From: Octopus sinensis
Taxonomy: Eukaryota
Direction: 5' to 3'
Length of the DNA: 64,000 nucleotides
Assembly: GCF_006345805.1 (NCBI RefSeq)
Contig: NC_043003.1
Span: 52,266,001 to 52,330,000 of the forward strand
Shown: piece after piece, positions 12,333 through 24,602 of the stretch
Position numbering within the stretch: position 1 is the first letter of the stretch
How the letters are laid out: every line of letters starts with the position of its first letter
Made by a program: the position numbers and the translations under genes
The notes under the pieces: model-generated
What the model was told of the DNA's origin: nothing
Databases searched by the model: none
The model's input: the letters and a program-made list of their open reading frames with translations, nothing else

Positions 12333-12553
12333 CCCTTTAATGTTCAGATTACTTTGTCAAATGTAATACTTATTTACTCACATCATTTTGAATTCATCAC
12401 GTAGTATCCCATAGCTTTGAGATTTCAAAGACATGACAGTCTATATTTAGAATGACCTTGTAGGGTAAGTGTGAGAGGCAAATCCAGCCAATTTGAATAT
12501 AAATTAGGTAGAAATTATTTGGGCATGATATGGCCAGTTTAAATGCTAAAGAG
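12333..12553. mobile_element. piggyBac-like MITE
   Basis: TTAA|CCCTTTA ... TAAAGAG|TTAA; second copy at 53144-53363. Confidence 0.7.
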
Positions 12554-13379
12554 TTAAATCATAAACTGTATAACTACAAAACTGACACCCCACTCCCAAA
12601 AACTACTTGCCTTGTGCCAAACTTTGAATACAGTTTACTGTGATATTATTATCAGGTCTGTAAGGGTGGTTAAATGGTAATGCACCGAGCAGTAATTAAT
12701 TTCATTAATTAATGACTAGGTTCAAATCCTGCCAGTCAGCTTCAGTGTTCCATTTTATCACATCATTAGTCTGCAGAAAATATTTACTGTATTTATTTCA
12801 ATAGGCTACAGCTACCCCAATACATCATGTATAAGTATGAGGTTGGGTGAATGGGTACAAGTTATATTATACAATAGAAATTTATACAAGGTCAAGGGGT
12901 CACCAGTTGACTAGGGTACACCAAATCCCAAGAAACATAGTTAGCAAAGATGATAACAGGACCTTTTGCTTAGTATATAAGATAGCTGTTGTGTTGCTGT
13001 TATTAATGCTTTTTTTAGCCCTGCACAAACTTATGGTGAAATGCATTTGAGCATTGACATCCCATCTTTTTATTTTCTAGACATAATATACATAGATAGA
13101 CTGCTTTGCCATAAAATTGTTATGTCTTGGGCAACTGATTTAATTTGTGCTAAAGTCTTATAGAACAGAGACTACTGTGTATAACATAGGAGCAAAGTTG
13201 TTAATGTTGCATATGAAAACATTATGACAGTAGTTGGTAGTGTTTTGCAATATCCTTCTTCCAATAGCTACAAAAGAAATTTTCTTTTCACTAAGACATA
13301 GTAAAGAACTCTTGATCAGTCAACTTGCTGGTGCCAGTGTTAATGCATGTATAATCACATTAATATTAAAACATATATA

Positions 13380-13590
13380 ATGGCAGTGAGCAGGCAGAAT
13401 CATTAGCATACCGGACAAAATGTTAACTGGTATTCTGTCCGTCTACATTCTGAGTTCAAATTCTGCCATGGTTGACTTTGCCTTTCATCTTTCCAGGGTC
13501 GATAAAATAAGTACCAGTTGGATACTGGGATTGATATAATTGACTATCCCCCTCCCCCCAAATTGCTGGCCTTTTACCAAAATTTAGAAC
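13380..13590 (+). mobile_element. tRNA-derived SINE, type C
   Basis: ggcagaatcattagc..gagttcaaattctgcc (B box)..gactttgcctttcatctttccagggtcgataaaataagtaccag; minus copy at about 27218-27423. Confidence 0.75.
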
Positions 13591-13614
13591 CAATATTAGT
13601 ATATATATATATGT

Positions 13615-14212
13615 AAAGGTGCAAGTATGGTTATATGGTAAGTAGCTTACTTCCCAACCATGTGGTTTTGGATTCAGTCCCACTATGTGGTACTCTGCAC
13701 AATTGTCTTCTACTACAGCCACTAGCAAAGCTGGGGATGGGGGGGGGTCCACACTGGGTGGCACTTTTGGGTCACCTGCAGGCAATATGTGATTTTTGTG
13801 GGGTCCAGGATTGGTAAACAGAAGGGCCACCCTGGGTGGGACACACTCTAGCTATGCTAGTGACTACTGCCCCAGGCCAACCAAAGCCTTGTGAGTGGAT
13901 TTGGTAAGTGGAAACTTGAAGAAGCCCATTATGTACGTATATCTGTGTGTATGCGTGTTACTGCCACCTTGCTATAACTTCATGCAATATTTGTAAAAGA
14001 AATGTTATAGTCATGCAAGCAGCATCAGTTGGTTTCAATCTTCTGTGAAAACATGTCTGGTCATGGGGAAACAGGGGAGAGTTGGCAACAGGAAGGGCAT
14101 CTGACTGTAGTAAATCTACACCTTTACAACCTCTGTTCAACTCATGCAAGCGTGAGAAAGAGGATGCTAAACAATGATGTTGATGATGATGATGATAATG
14201 ATGATGGATGTT
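13615..14212 (+). mobile_element. SINE type B (type A head with RTE-like (GAT)n tail), carrying a hAT MITE
   Basis: Head ggtaagtagcttac..gattcagtcccact; tail gttggcaacaggaagggcatctg..catgcaagc..(gat)n. Confidence 0.75.
13720..13862. mobile_element. hAT-type MITE inside a SINE head
   Basis: TIRs CACTAGCAAAGCTGG and reverse complement CACTAGCATAGCTAG; 8-bp TSD ACTACAGC (13712-13719) vs ACTACTGC (13863-13870). Confidence 0.7.
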
Positions 14213-15416
14213 ACTAATTGACATAATTGATGATTAATTATGCAGTACTAAACAGCATTTATTTGACTGCTGAAATTTAATGAAGGTATAGCTACACTGT
14301 TAACTTCACTGCAAAAGGTAAACAAACCGGCAGAAAACTTTGGAATTGTCCTGATGGATTTTTATCTCTTTTTGGAGATTCATGACAGATCAAATAGCCT
14401 CATTTTCTGTTCATGGCTATTTATATCAAATACAAATGCAAAAACAAGACTCAGATGAAGTAATAGAGATCAAATCTGAATTTAAAGAAAAGTATCAGCC
14501 TAAACTAAACATAAAATATACTTCCATACTTCTATATTACTGCATAAATATGTTCTACACTAGAATACTGCTTACACATCCTAGGATGAAGCACACATCT
14601 TGGGATGTAGCATGCCACCTGGTCAAAGGTCATGCAACTAGTTGACAAGTCTTTACTTGACTATATTCTTCAACCACTTGAAACCATTTAACATTTAAAC
14701 TGACTTCTCTCTATTTCTTATCACTGCTTCAATAGTCTCGACTGCTCTGAATTTACTGATGATAAACCAACATAATTCAGCCTCAACAGGGGAGTTCCCC
14801 TGTGGTCATTTGATCTGCTTGTTACAAATAGCAATATGATGGCATAAATGATGCCAATGCCTTCTAGACATTCCAATTTCAGCAGCACATATTCAGGAAA
14901 TATTTTTAATGCATTAAAGCTTATGGGAGGGCCCAACTTTGCATATAGGACCTGGAGTGATATTTTTGAGGCATTGTTTTTGCAAACAAGTGCATCTTTT
15001 AAATGCCATCAAATACAGTAACTGGCAAATCTCTTTCTGATCACACCCCAGCAACTTAAAAAGTAGGACACATTGTCCTAGATACATTACAACTATGTTT
15101 ATAGCTAGAGAGAAAAAATGGCATGCTTATAGTTAGAATATCTTTGATAAGGTCTATTCAGTCTTGGCTAATCTAAAGCTGAACAGCTACAACAGTTCCA
15201 CTTCTTGAATACTCCTTTCTCATTCTCTTTTCTCTCTCTCTCTCTCATCTCAGCTATCATGTTGCACCTTCTCCAATCGTTGTATGGAACAATTTTTTCT
15301 TCAGAACTTTCTACCAATCTTCTTTGATCATGTTTACCATTTAGCTACTAATCTACAAAAATTCAAATTTAATATTCTGCTCATTTACTTTAAGCACTTG
15401 TTCCCCTATAGTGTAC

Positions 15417-15588
15417 AGGTGTAGGAGTGGCTGTGTGGTAAGTAGCTTGCTTACGAACCACATAGTTCCGGGTTTAGTCCCACTGTGTGGCACCTTGGGC
15501 AAGTGTCTTCTACTATAGCCTTGGGCTGACCAAAGCCTTGTGAATGGATTTGGTAGACGGAAACTGAAAGAAGCCCATCGTATATATG

Positions 15589-15619
<31 letters not shown>

Positions 15620-15843
15620 GTGTGTGTATATGTTTGTGTGTCTGTGTTTGTCCCCTCAACATCGCGTGACAACCGATGCTGGTGTGTTTATGTCCCCGTA
15701 ACTTAGTGGTTCGGCAAAAGAGACCAATAGAATAAGTACTGGGCTTACAAAGAATAAATCCTGGGGTTGATTTGCTCAACTAAAGGTGGTGCTCCAGCAT
15801 GGTTACAGTCAAATGACTGAAACAAGTAAAAGAGTAAAGAGTA
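15417..15843 (+). mobile_element. SINE type A, full length
   Basis: Complete head, microsatellite and body; tail (agagtaa)n. Confidence 0.9.
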
Positions 15844-16554
15844 TTGTTCTGAAAGATCATAATCACGACTCTTTCTCCATAACCTAAATGAAAAAATGAC
15901 TACAAAAAAAAATATATATATAATATCTAAAAAGGTGTCTTTTACTAAAGTAAACTGGCCAATAAGAGCATTTGTTACAGTCTTGAATGATTATTTCTTA
16001 TCAGGTTATTCATTATACAGTTGAAGGAACTTTCACTGGCCCTTACTATATCATCTTGAAGCTGATCCAGATCCCTGTCATCTTTCAAATGTTTTTCTTT
16101 TTCTTCATATTAATAGTTTTGTTGTCATTGATGAAGAATTCACATGGTCACTCAGCCTGCTAAAAGTAGTAGCCTAATCTTCTTGACACACATTCTCTGC
16201 CACCTTAAAAAAGAGGAAGTACACATTATATAAATTTAGAGACCATATATCTGTGGGCTTGACTGGAATACTTTTGATCTTAAAACCTGCTCAGTCAGAG
16301 CTGACAGGAAGTTAAGCAACAAAAAGCAACTTCTATACAGTTGATTTCTCTCTATATTTCATTCCACCTTCTATTATGCATTTCATTCTCACAATCTGTT
16401 GATATTGTGGACATTCTCCGTGAGCAGAGACTCAAAGTACATCCTACAGGAGTGACATATCAAACTACTTTCATTCAATAACAACAACAACAACAATAAT
16501 AATAATAGTTCACAAAAACATATTCAATTAGGTAATGAATGACAGAATGACAGT

Positions 16555-17080
16555 GAACGTAGTGACACTACACTTGAAATCAGCAATATTTTTACCATGT
16601 CTGACATAAGAATTTCCTAAGCTGTTAGTCTATAGATTTCATCTGTCCATCTTCACTTAGCAAGCTTCTTATCAGATGGTAACATTGCTGCATGCACTGA
16701 GTAAGTCCTCTATGACCCACGTATTATTGACTCAGATGTTTACCAGGGTTAGGCTATGTCACCTGACATTTGTTCCCATATATCAACATGCTTGTTGTCA
16801 GTTCTAAAATTGCTCACTCATTCATAGATGATACTACTCCTCACCACTCCTCCTTGACATCTGCACATACATGTCATTGATATGTAACCTAAGCTCATTA
16901 CACCAAGCCTGCAGGTTCTTCACAAACCTTGAAAATATCATGTGGTATATGGTAATGATCCTTTGCATTCTGATTTCAGAGCCTAACTGGGTCAACTTTA
17001 CCTTTCATAATTCCAAGGTGAATAAAATAATTGCTGGTCAAGTACTGAGGTGTACGTAATTGACTATGTCCCAGGTGATA
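16555..17080 (+). mobile_element. Old Jockey/CR1-superclade LINE RT relic
   Basis: LEIS (LDISKAFD-like), SDVYQG*AMSP, HSFIDDTTPHHSS (YADD-equivalent) in broken frames. Confidence 0.6.
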
Positions 17081-17289
17081 GTACCCAGTAAAAGAGTGAC
17101 TAGAGAATACAAAATTGTACCATCTCCAATAATGAACAATGTACAGCTGTAACCTTAACTCTTCACTTTACAAAAGTTCTTCATCATCGTAGGTCATTTG
17201 AACAATGAATTTGAAATTGGCATCTACAGCCATAGATATATTTCCTCAGATACATTCTTTTCTGTTAAGCAGTTCTTCTAAGTATTAAG

Positions 17290-17712
17290 TACAGATGTGG
17301 CCATGTGGTTACGAAGTTTGCTTCTCAATTACATGGTTTTGGGTTCAGCCCCACTGCATGGTACCTTTGGCAAGTGACTTCTATAGCCCTAGATTGACTG
17401 AAGCCTTATGTGAGGATCCAGTTGATGGAAACTGAAAGGAGCCAAAGAAGTCTGTTGTACATGTGTGTGTGTGTGTGTGTGTGTCCTTGTCTTACCATAG
17501 TGTGATAGTTGTAAATGAGTGTCACTGTCATACAAGCAGTATCATTTGTTTCCAGTATTCTTCAAAAACATGTCTGGCTACAAGGAAATATTACCTTCCT
17601 TGTAAACAGATGAGAATTGGCAATGGGAATGGCATCTGGTCATAGAAAATCTGCCTCAATAAATCCCATGCAAGCAAGGAAAGGTGGATGAATGATGATG
17701 ATGATGATGATG
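17290..17712 (+). mobile_element. SINE type B
   Basis: Head gtggccatgtggttacgaag..gggttcagccccactg; (TG)n; RTE-like tail ending (gat)n. Confidence 0.75.
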
Positions 17713-17783
17713 GTTTCTGTTATAGCCAGCTCATTTTAAGAGTTAGCAAACATGATAATACAGAGATAGAATCTCCAAAGCAT

Positions 17784-17932
17784 TCATCTAAAACAAAAAG
17801 AAAAGATGATACATTTGATAATGTCCTAAATAAACTGTAAATTTACAAAAGATAAGATGACCTCATCTGGAACACTATTTATCATAGGTCTGCTAAGCGA
17901 TACCAACAATTATATATGTCTAGAAATACACC
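17784..17932. repeat. Left arm of an inverted duplication (partner 21010-21152)
   Basis: gatgatacatttgataatgtc..ataggtctgctaagcgataccaacaattatatatgtctagaaatacacc closely matches the reverse complement of 21010-21152. Confidence 0.8.
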
Positions 17933-19060
17933 TCGTGTTCTCATGCAAAGTACTTCATTTCATGTTGCTCTGGGATCATTTTGTCATCTGACATGTGGCA
18001 CCCGGTGAACCTGGTAGGTAATATCGATTTTATGGAGAGAGTCAGCTTATGTGTACACAAACATTTGATCTCTATAAGCAAATCCTCTGTTGGTTGTTCG
18101 GCAATTTCTTGCTGAACTTACATATGTTGTCTAACGATGAGAGTCAATGAATGAATGAATGAATGATTGATTGATACGCACACACACACACACACACATA
18201 CACACATACATACATACATACATGTAAAAAGTGTCATAGAATTTTTTTTAAATTCTAGAAATTCATTTTATTGATCAAAGATTTTTTGTCTAAATGTCAA
18301 GAGATACTCTGAAAAATAGAGGCAGCATATAAAATATAAGGAACAAATTAATTTGTTAAGAACTAACTTAATTGAGAGAAATGACACAATGACAATGGGA
18401 TGTGAAGACTGAAATCTTACCATAACAGGCTTAGTTTTCCTTGCAGCACCAACAAAAGTGGAGAGAAGTATCTCAACATGGTCATTTGACTTATAGCAGC
18501 CAAATCTCCCATAAGTTACAATCTGCTGTCTTGAAAGAAAGAAGACAGACTAGATAATGTAGTCTTGGATATACAAAATCTGAGAGAAGGACATCGTAAC
18601 CAGGGCTGGAAAATCTTTGATTACTAAACTCCTCAGTTACAGCTGAACAGGGCTAAACAATAGCAATTTCATGTTGCCATATACCCAGAAATCACATATT
18701 TCAGCATCAATGAAGAGAGTAATAAACATACTGTGGTTTGTTTTCACTGATTTCACTGATGCTGAAATGAAAAGATCAATTCACATTCCACATCTTGGTA
18801 TTTTTTTTTCTGAACCAAACTTCACCTGAAGAAAACATTTTTTTTTTCATGATGTAATTGAATTTATTCATCAATAAAAAATGCATCTGCAACAGCTGTA
18901 GTGAACCTTTAACACATTTGTGTTCTTATATATATATATATATAATTATTGATAGTAGGGAATATAAAATTCCAAAGCAACAGGGAAAATCAGACTCAAT
19001 TTAGTAATACTAAATCAGATTTCATGATATATTAAATATATATAGAATTAAGATAGAACC

Positions 19061-19621
19061 TCCATTAAGTAATTCATTAATAATGAAAGATATTATCTAT
19101 TATAAAATATAAATTTAAATATATTACTATTAACATTGTACTAAAAATTTCTATACTGATTAATACACTTTAAAAAGCATACACATTAAAACGACATTAT
19201 CAATATTGTGCTAAAAATTTCTATACTAAATAATACACATTAAAAAAATACACATTAAATTATTATAATGTATACAATTTATAAATGTATAGTGTAATTA
19301 TAACATCTTTATCTATGTTGTAAATTTATTTTATGCTATTGAGACTTGAAGAGTGGCTATGTATCGTTGGATTGAATAATGTTAATTTTTGAGATTATTG
19401 ATTTTGGTATCATAGATTTGTATACATAGTCATGAAACGCATGTCATCGTTTTAATGTGTAATATTTAGTATAGAAATTTTTAGTACAATATTGATAATA
19501 ATGTTGTTTTAATGTGTATTAATCAGTATAGAAATTTTTAGTACAATGTTAATAGTAATATATTTAAATTTATATTTTATAATAGATGATATCTTTCATT
19601 ATTAATGAATTACTTAATGGA
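19061..19621. mobile_element. AT-rich foldback element with about 185-bp arms
   Basis: tccattaagtaattcattaataatgaaagat.. (19061-19245) vs reverse complement of 19441-19621; two internal copies of gtactaaaaatttctatact per arm. Confidence 0.8.
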
Positions 19622-19637
19622 AGTGCTGTCTCTTAAT

Positions 19638-19677
<40 letters not shown>

Positions 19678-20107
19678 CACATACTAAAGCAGGGCTGGTT
19701 TCAGAATCTTTGAAAGATTCAAGTAGTAACAGTACTAAACAGTAATGTTTGTTGCCACTTTGCATGGAACAGCTATGCAAAAGTGACAACAAACATTATT
19801 ATATATATATAAATACTCTTTAACTAGTTTCAGCTCGAAATCTGTGGTCATTCTGGGGCAGTTAAACTCCTCAATGGCAGATGTCTTTGATGATGATATA
19901 GTCTTAGATATACAATGTCTGAAAATAAGACAAGGTGGCCGTCAAGTTTTCAGCATCATTGATCATGTTTACTTTTGTAGGACTGGTCTGTAGTTAAATA
20001 ATGCTCTTGTAAAATCACTATGTTTTCTACCTGACTGCAACATATATGTATATATGTATGTAAAAATGTATCTATGTATGTTTGTATGTATGCATGCATG
20101 TCTGTGT

Positions 20108-20480
20108 CCATATATATATATATTATTTGTTTCAGCCATTTGACTGTAGCCATGCTGGAGCACCATCTTTAGTTGAACAAATTGACTCTAGAACTTAACC
20201 TATCGGTCTCTTTTGCCAAACTCCTAAGGTATGGGGATGTAAACACACCAACATCAGTTGTCATGTGATGGTAGGGGAACAAACACAGACACACAAACAC
20301 ACGCACACACACACATACAACAGGCTTCTTTCAGTTTCCATTTTTTAAATCCACTCACATGGCTTTGGTCAGCCTGAGGCTATAGTAGAAGATACTTGCC
20401 CAAGGTGCCACACATTGGGACTGAACCCATAATCATGTAGTTGGGAAGCAAGCTTCTAACCACACAGCCAGACCTGCACC
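20108..20480 (-). mobile_element. SINE type A
   Basis: Reverse complement of the full head and body. Confidence 0.85.
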
Positions 20481-20928
20481 TGCTACAGAAAAAGACTACA
20501 TGGAAAAAAAACAAAAAAACACAACGTGAGGATGTAGCACATGCAAAGTATTAATAAGATGCTCACAGAAGGAAAAGAGTGGTTGCTTTATGTTTCGAGC
20601 ACAGCTCTTCTTTGGAAACAGGAAACAGGAAAGTCTAAAGGAAAAGGAAGAAGGAGGAAAAAATCGCCAACACACACACACACATGTATTTTTTAAGCCT
20701 GTTATTAGTGTTGATGTTGTCATTGCTATTGTTGTATGATTATGAATAAGAAGCAGTTATTCATAATTTTGCATTAAAATATCTTTTTGGAAGTTAAATA
20801 TTTAAATAGAAGTGGAATATTATATATATTGCATAGATGCATCTATCACCCCTTTGCTCCCAACATCCATATAAATTTTCCTCTGCAGTCTTGGGCTGGT
20901 ATCACCCTTTTTGCAAAGCGCTTGATGG

Positions 20929-20982
20929 TCCTACCACTAGCAAAACCAACAAGGTAGCTGGTTGGTTTTGCTAGTGGTAGGA
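20929..20982. other. Perfect 22-bp hairpin with 10-nt loop
   Basis: TCCTACCACTAGCAAAACCAAC aaggtagctg GTTGGTTTTGCTAGTGGTAGGA. Confidence 0.9.
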
Positions 20983-21794
20983 AATGTTTGTGCTAGGAAA
21001 GAAAATAGTGGTGTATTTCTGGACATATATAATTGTTGGTATTGCTTAGCAGACCTATGATAAATAGTATACCAGTTGTGGTCATCTTATCTTTTGTAAA
21101 TTTACAGTTTGTTTATGACATTATCAAATGTATCATCTTTTTTTTAGATGACCTGAGGAAGACTTGGCTGTTATTTCTAGCAGATTGAGTGATGAGAGTC
21201 TGCTTTGTTGGTAGATGTGATTGCTACTGATTTAGGTTGAGATTGGTCAATCTTGATTGAAAAGACGATGATCAAGGGCATTCCAGCTGAGACCATCCCA
21301 TTTTTTCAGAGGTATGTATCTCTACATGTGTTCTTGCCTTACTGAAGACACGGGGGAAGTCTGACTGTTATTTTTAGCCAGGTGAGCGTCCACATAGAGG
21401 CTCCCTCTTTGGTTCGTAACAGATACTGTTGGTGTCATTGCTTAGCCTCTGGTCAGACCTGATTGAGGAGACTGACAATCAAAGGCATTCCTACTGTGAC
21501 CATCTCATTCTTTTTCCTTAGGTCAAGGAACCTAGGATCATATTAGCCAATGTGCCCTTATCTAAGATGGTGAGATTTGATTAGATACAGATTTAGGTGC
21601 TATTTCTAGCAGGTCGGATGACCATATAAAAGCTCCTTTCTTGGTTTGACAAATATCATTGGAAATGACGGGGTGAGATGATTGGTAAACATAGGGAGAT
21701 AACTCTGATGTTTTTGAAAAATCTTTAAATTGAATGGAGGGAATGGTTTGCTGACTTGTGAAAGGCAATCGCAAAGCATAATGAATCTTTGAAT

Positions 21795-22136
21795 AGGTGC
21801 AGGAGTGGAAGTGTGGTGAAAAGTTTCCCTGCCAGGCAAGTGTGTTGTACTATAGCCATGGGCTAACCAGAGGCTTGGAAGTGGATTTCATAGATGGAAA
21901 TTGTAAAAAGCCCATAATATATGTGTGTGTGTGTTGTATTTATCCACCACCACTAGTTGACAATTGGCGTTGGTTTGCTTACGTTTTCGGAACTTAGCGG
22001 TTCGGCAAGAGTTCGATAGTAAAAGTACTAGACTTTAAAATAAATAAGTACTGGGGTCGATTTATTTTACCAAGCTCTTTAACGTGGTACCACAGCATGG
22101 CTGCACTCCAATAACTAAGACAAGTAAAAGATAAAG
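21795..22136 (+). mobile_element. SINE type A, diverged
   Basis: aggtgcaggagtgg..cttagcggttcggc..gacaagtaaaagataaag. Confidence 0.7.
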
Positions 22137-22200
22137 TATTTATATATGCTATATACTAACTTCATCGTTCATGTGGGATGCAATTTTTTTTTGAAAACTT

Positions 22201-22690
22201 ATAATAATATAATAATAATGAAATTATTGAATACAGTGCTCAAGTGCACCACAACTTGTCAAAAGTGCATATAAAAAATATGCAGTAATGTACAAATGTT
22301 TGGGAAGTGAACACTGTATGAGTCAGATACATGCTTGCGTGTGTATAGAGGGGAGAAGATCAGGTGTAGTGTTGGCGAATCTCTGGAAGCATGGAAGTTT
22401 TGAAGGATGCAGTGCTCCGACAACTAACAACTGATACCGGCAGTTTATTCCATGCTTCAGCAACTCTTAGCGAGAAAAAATGTTTCCGAAAGTCATGGGA
22501 GCTGTGCTGTTTTCTGACTTTGTAAACATGTCCACGGGTGTTAGACAGGTGGATTTTGAAAAGGTGCTCAGAGTTATTGTTTGTAAGATCGTTAATAATT
22601 TTATGGGTGTCTGCCAAGTCAGCTGCCAGACGTCCGAGTTTCAATGTATCCATGCCCAGGGAAGTAAGGCGTTCAGAATATGAGCGACAT
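22201..22690 (-). mobile_element. CR1-clade LINE 3' end
   Basis: YSERLTSLGMDTLKL..SNTRGHVYKVRKQHSSHDFRKHFFSLRVAEAWNKLP..FKTSMLPEIRQHYT*; (ATT)n tail. Confidence 0.9.
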
Positions 22691-23825
22691 TGGACAAAAA
22701 GAATTTGAGAAACACTAATTTAAACTTATCCCTTGTAGTTAACTTACAACTATTAATAAAATAGGTATCATTAAGGGCGATTTAGCCAAGTTTGTGTGGC
22801 CTCGCAAATAACAAAAAAAAAAAAACCTTGTGGTCTTGCACCAAAATTTACAAAATAATGATTTGGTGATGCAAACAGGAAAATAGAACTAAAGACATGA
22901 ATACGTGTATTTTCTGGCACAAGATGAAGCACCAACTGGTGTTGAAGAGTATATAAATTGGAATTAGTGAGTTTTATATATATAAAAAAAAAAAAAAATG
23001 GTTTGACCTGAAAAAGAGGCTGTACCCTATGACTTTCACCGCTCCATCCCCAGAGGTAGACTATCTAGGACTGTATTAGTTAAAGTCTAATTCCTTTTTA
23101 CGAGAGAACTGGATATTAATTATTTTTCCAAATAGGTCATGAAACTATCCAGTTCTCTCTCGTTACTTGCTAGTAAATTGTGGTTTAACCACTGATCACT
23201 TTTGATCGAATTGGTTCATTGTCCTGTTGTATTTTTTTTCCTTTTAAGAACAGTGTACTACCATTATCTAATGTATCCCTTTTGTTTAAGGCTGTTGGTG
23301 ATGAAACTTATCTATTTACAGGGCACCTACAAGAATTAAGGCAAGAAATTTTTATTTATTTAACCCAATGATGGCATAGCCAAACCATACAATTTTTTTT
23401 ATTGAGTCAAAATATATATATCTGGAGTCCCTACTTCATATTAAATCTTTCGTTAACTTTTCTAAGATCAAAGACATTTTAGAAATTAGACAACCATTCC
23501 CTCGCTAGTTTTTTGTTGGATAGCGTACAACATTAACCAATATACCCCTTATTTTTCACACTGCAGAGAAGAGTTCAAGGGAGGTAATTACGGTTAAACC
23601 AGTTTTTACCTGTTAGATCGGACGAGAAATTTTGAAATTTGTCAAGTTTATGTTAATAAAACAGACTTCGCAGAAAAAAATTAAAAAAATTACGAGTACA
23701 ATTTATTGCTTAATAATTATAGATTTTATAAATTCAATTCAATGATAATCAAGCCGAAACACAACTTTCTAAAAATACAAAGTTCTCATATGACTTGTTC
23801 ACACCAAATATTTGGTAAACATTCC

Positions 23826-23933
23826 TGGTGAAAGTAAAGAATACGCACACCCGGTGTTTAGGGTTAGGGGTTAAGGTTAGGGTTTTTGTTACGCCGAAAA
23901 CAGGTGGTGTGCGTTTTCTTTACCTCCGCCAAC
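23826..23933. mobile_element. Small MITE-like palindrome with TTAGGG core
   Basis: gtaaagaatacgcacacc .. tttagggttaggggttaaggttaggg .. ggtgtgcgttttctttac; second copy at 58473-58546. Confidence 0.75.
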
Positions 23934-24199
23934 ATTTCTAAGATTATACGTCGTCAACCTTATAAATAAGTTCTATGCGATTTTTTAGTGTCGTTATTGT
24001 AGTGGCTGTTTTTCAAATTAGACTGAGTATTGTTTCTTGATATAAAAACGGCATAACTATAGATGTATACTCACTCCTATCGACTTTGTTGCCGCATAAC
24101 TTTCAGAAAAATGGATAGTTTTTAACGAAATTTTCAGCAAATAATCGCTTAGATCTTGTAGATTGATTGTATGTAAAGATTTGTTGGAAAAAAATCTTC

Positions 24200-24364
24200 A
24201 GAGTGGCTGTGTGGTAAGTAGCTTGCTAACCAACCACATGGTTCAGGGTTCAGTCCCACTGTGTGGCATATTGGGCAAGTGTCTTCTGCTATAGCCCCGG
24301 GCCGACCAATGCCTTGTGAGTGGATTTGGTAGACGGAAACTGAAAGAAGCCTGTCGTATATATG

Positions 24365-24397
<33 letters not shown>

Positions 24398-24602
24398 TTG
24401 TCACCCTAGCATTGCTTGACAGCCGATGCTGGTGTGTTTACGTCCCCGTAACTTAGCGGTTCGGCAAAAGAGACCGATAGAATAAGTACTGGGCTTACAA
24501 AGAATAAGTCCCGGGGTCGATTTGGTCGACTAAAGGCGGTGCTCCAGCATGGCCACAGTCAAATGACTGAAACAAGTAAATAGAGTAAAAAAGAGTAAAG
24601 AG
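24200..24602 (+). mobile_element. SINE type A, young copy
   Basis: CpG-retaining full copy, inserted between related cataacttt..gaaaa.tgg..gaaatttt motifs of a probable non-autonomous DNA element. Confidence 0.9.

Noticed and set aside
14721-14936. Hydrophobic minus-strand ORF as an exon of a host gene (also 3254-3688 on plus)
   Set aside because: There is no recognisable domain, no convincing splice-site pair and no neighbouring exons.
23856-23884. Interstitial telomere or chromosome-fusion scar
   Set aside because: There are only a few imperfect units, enclosed in inverted arms and found twice, which fits a mobile element better.
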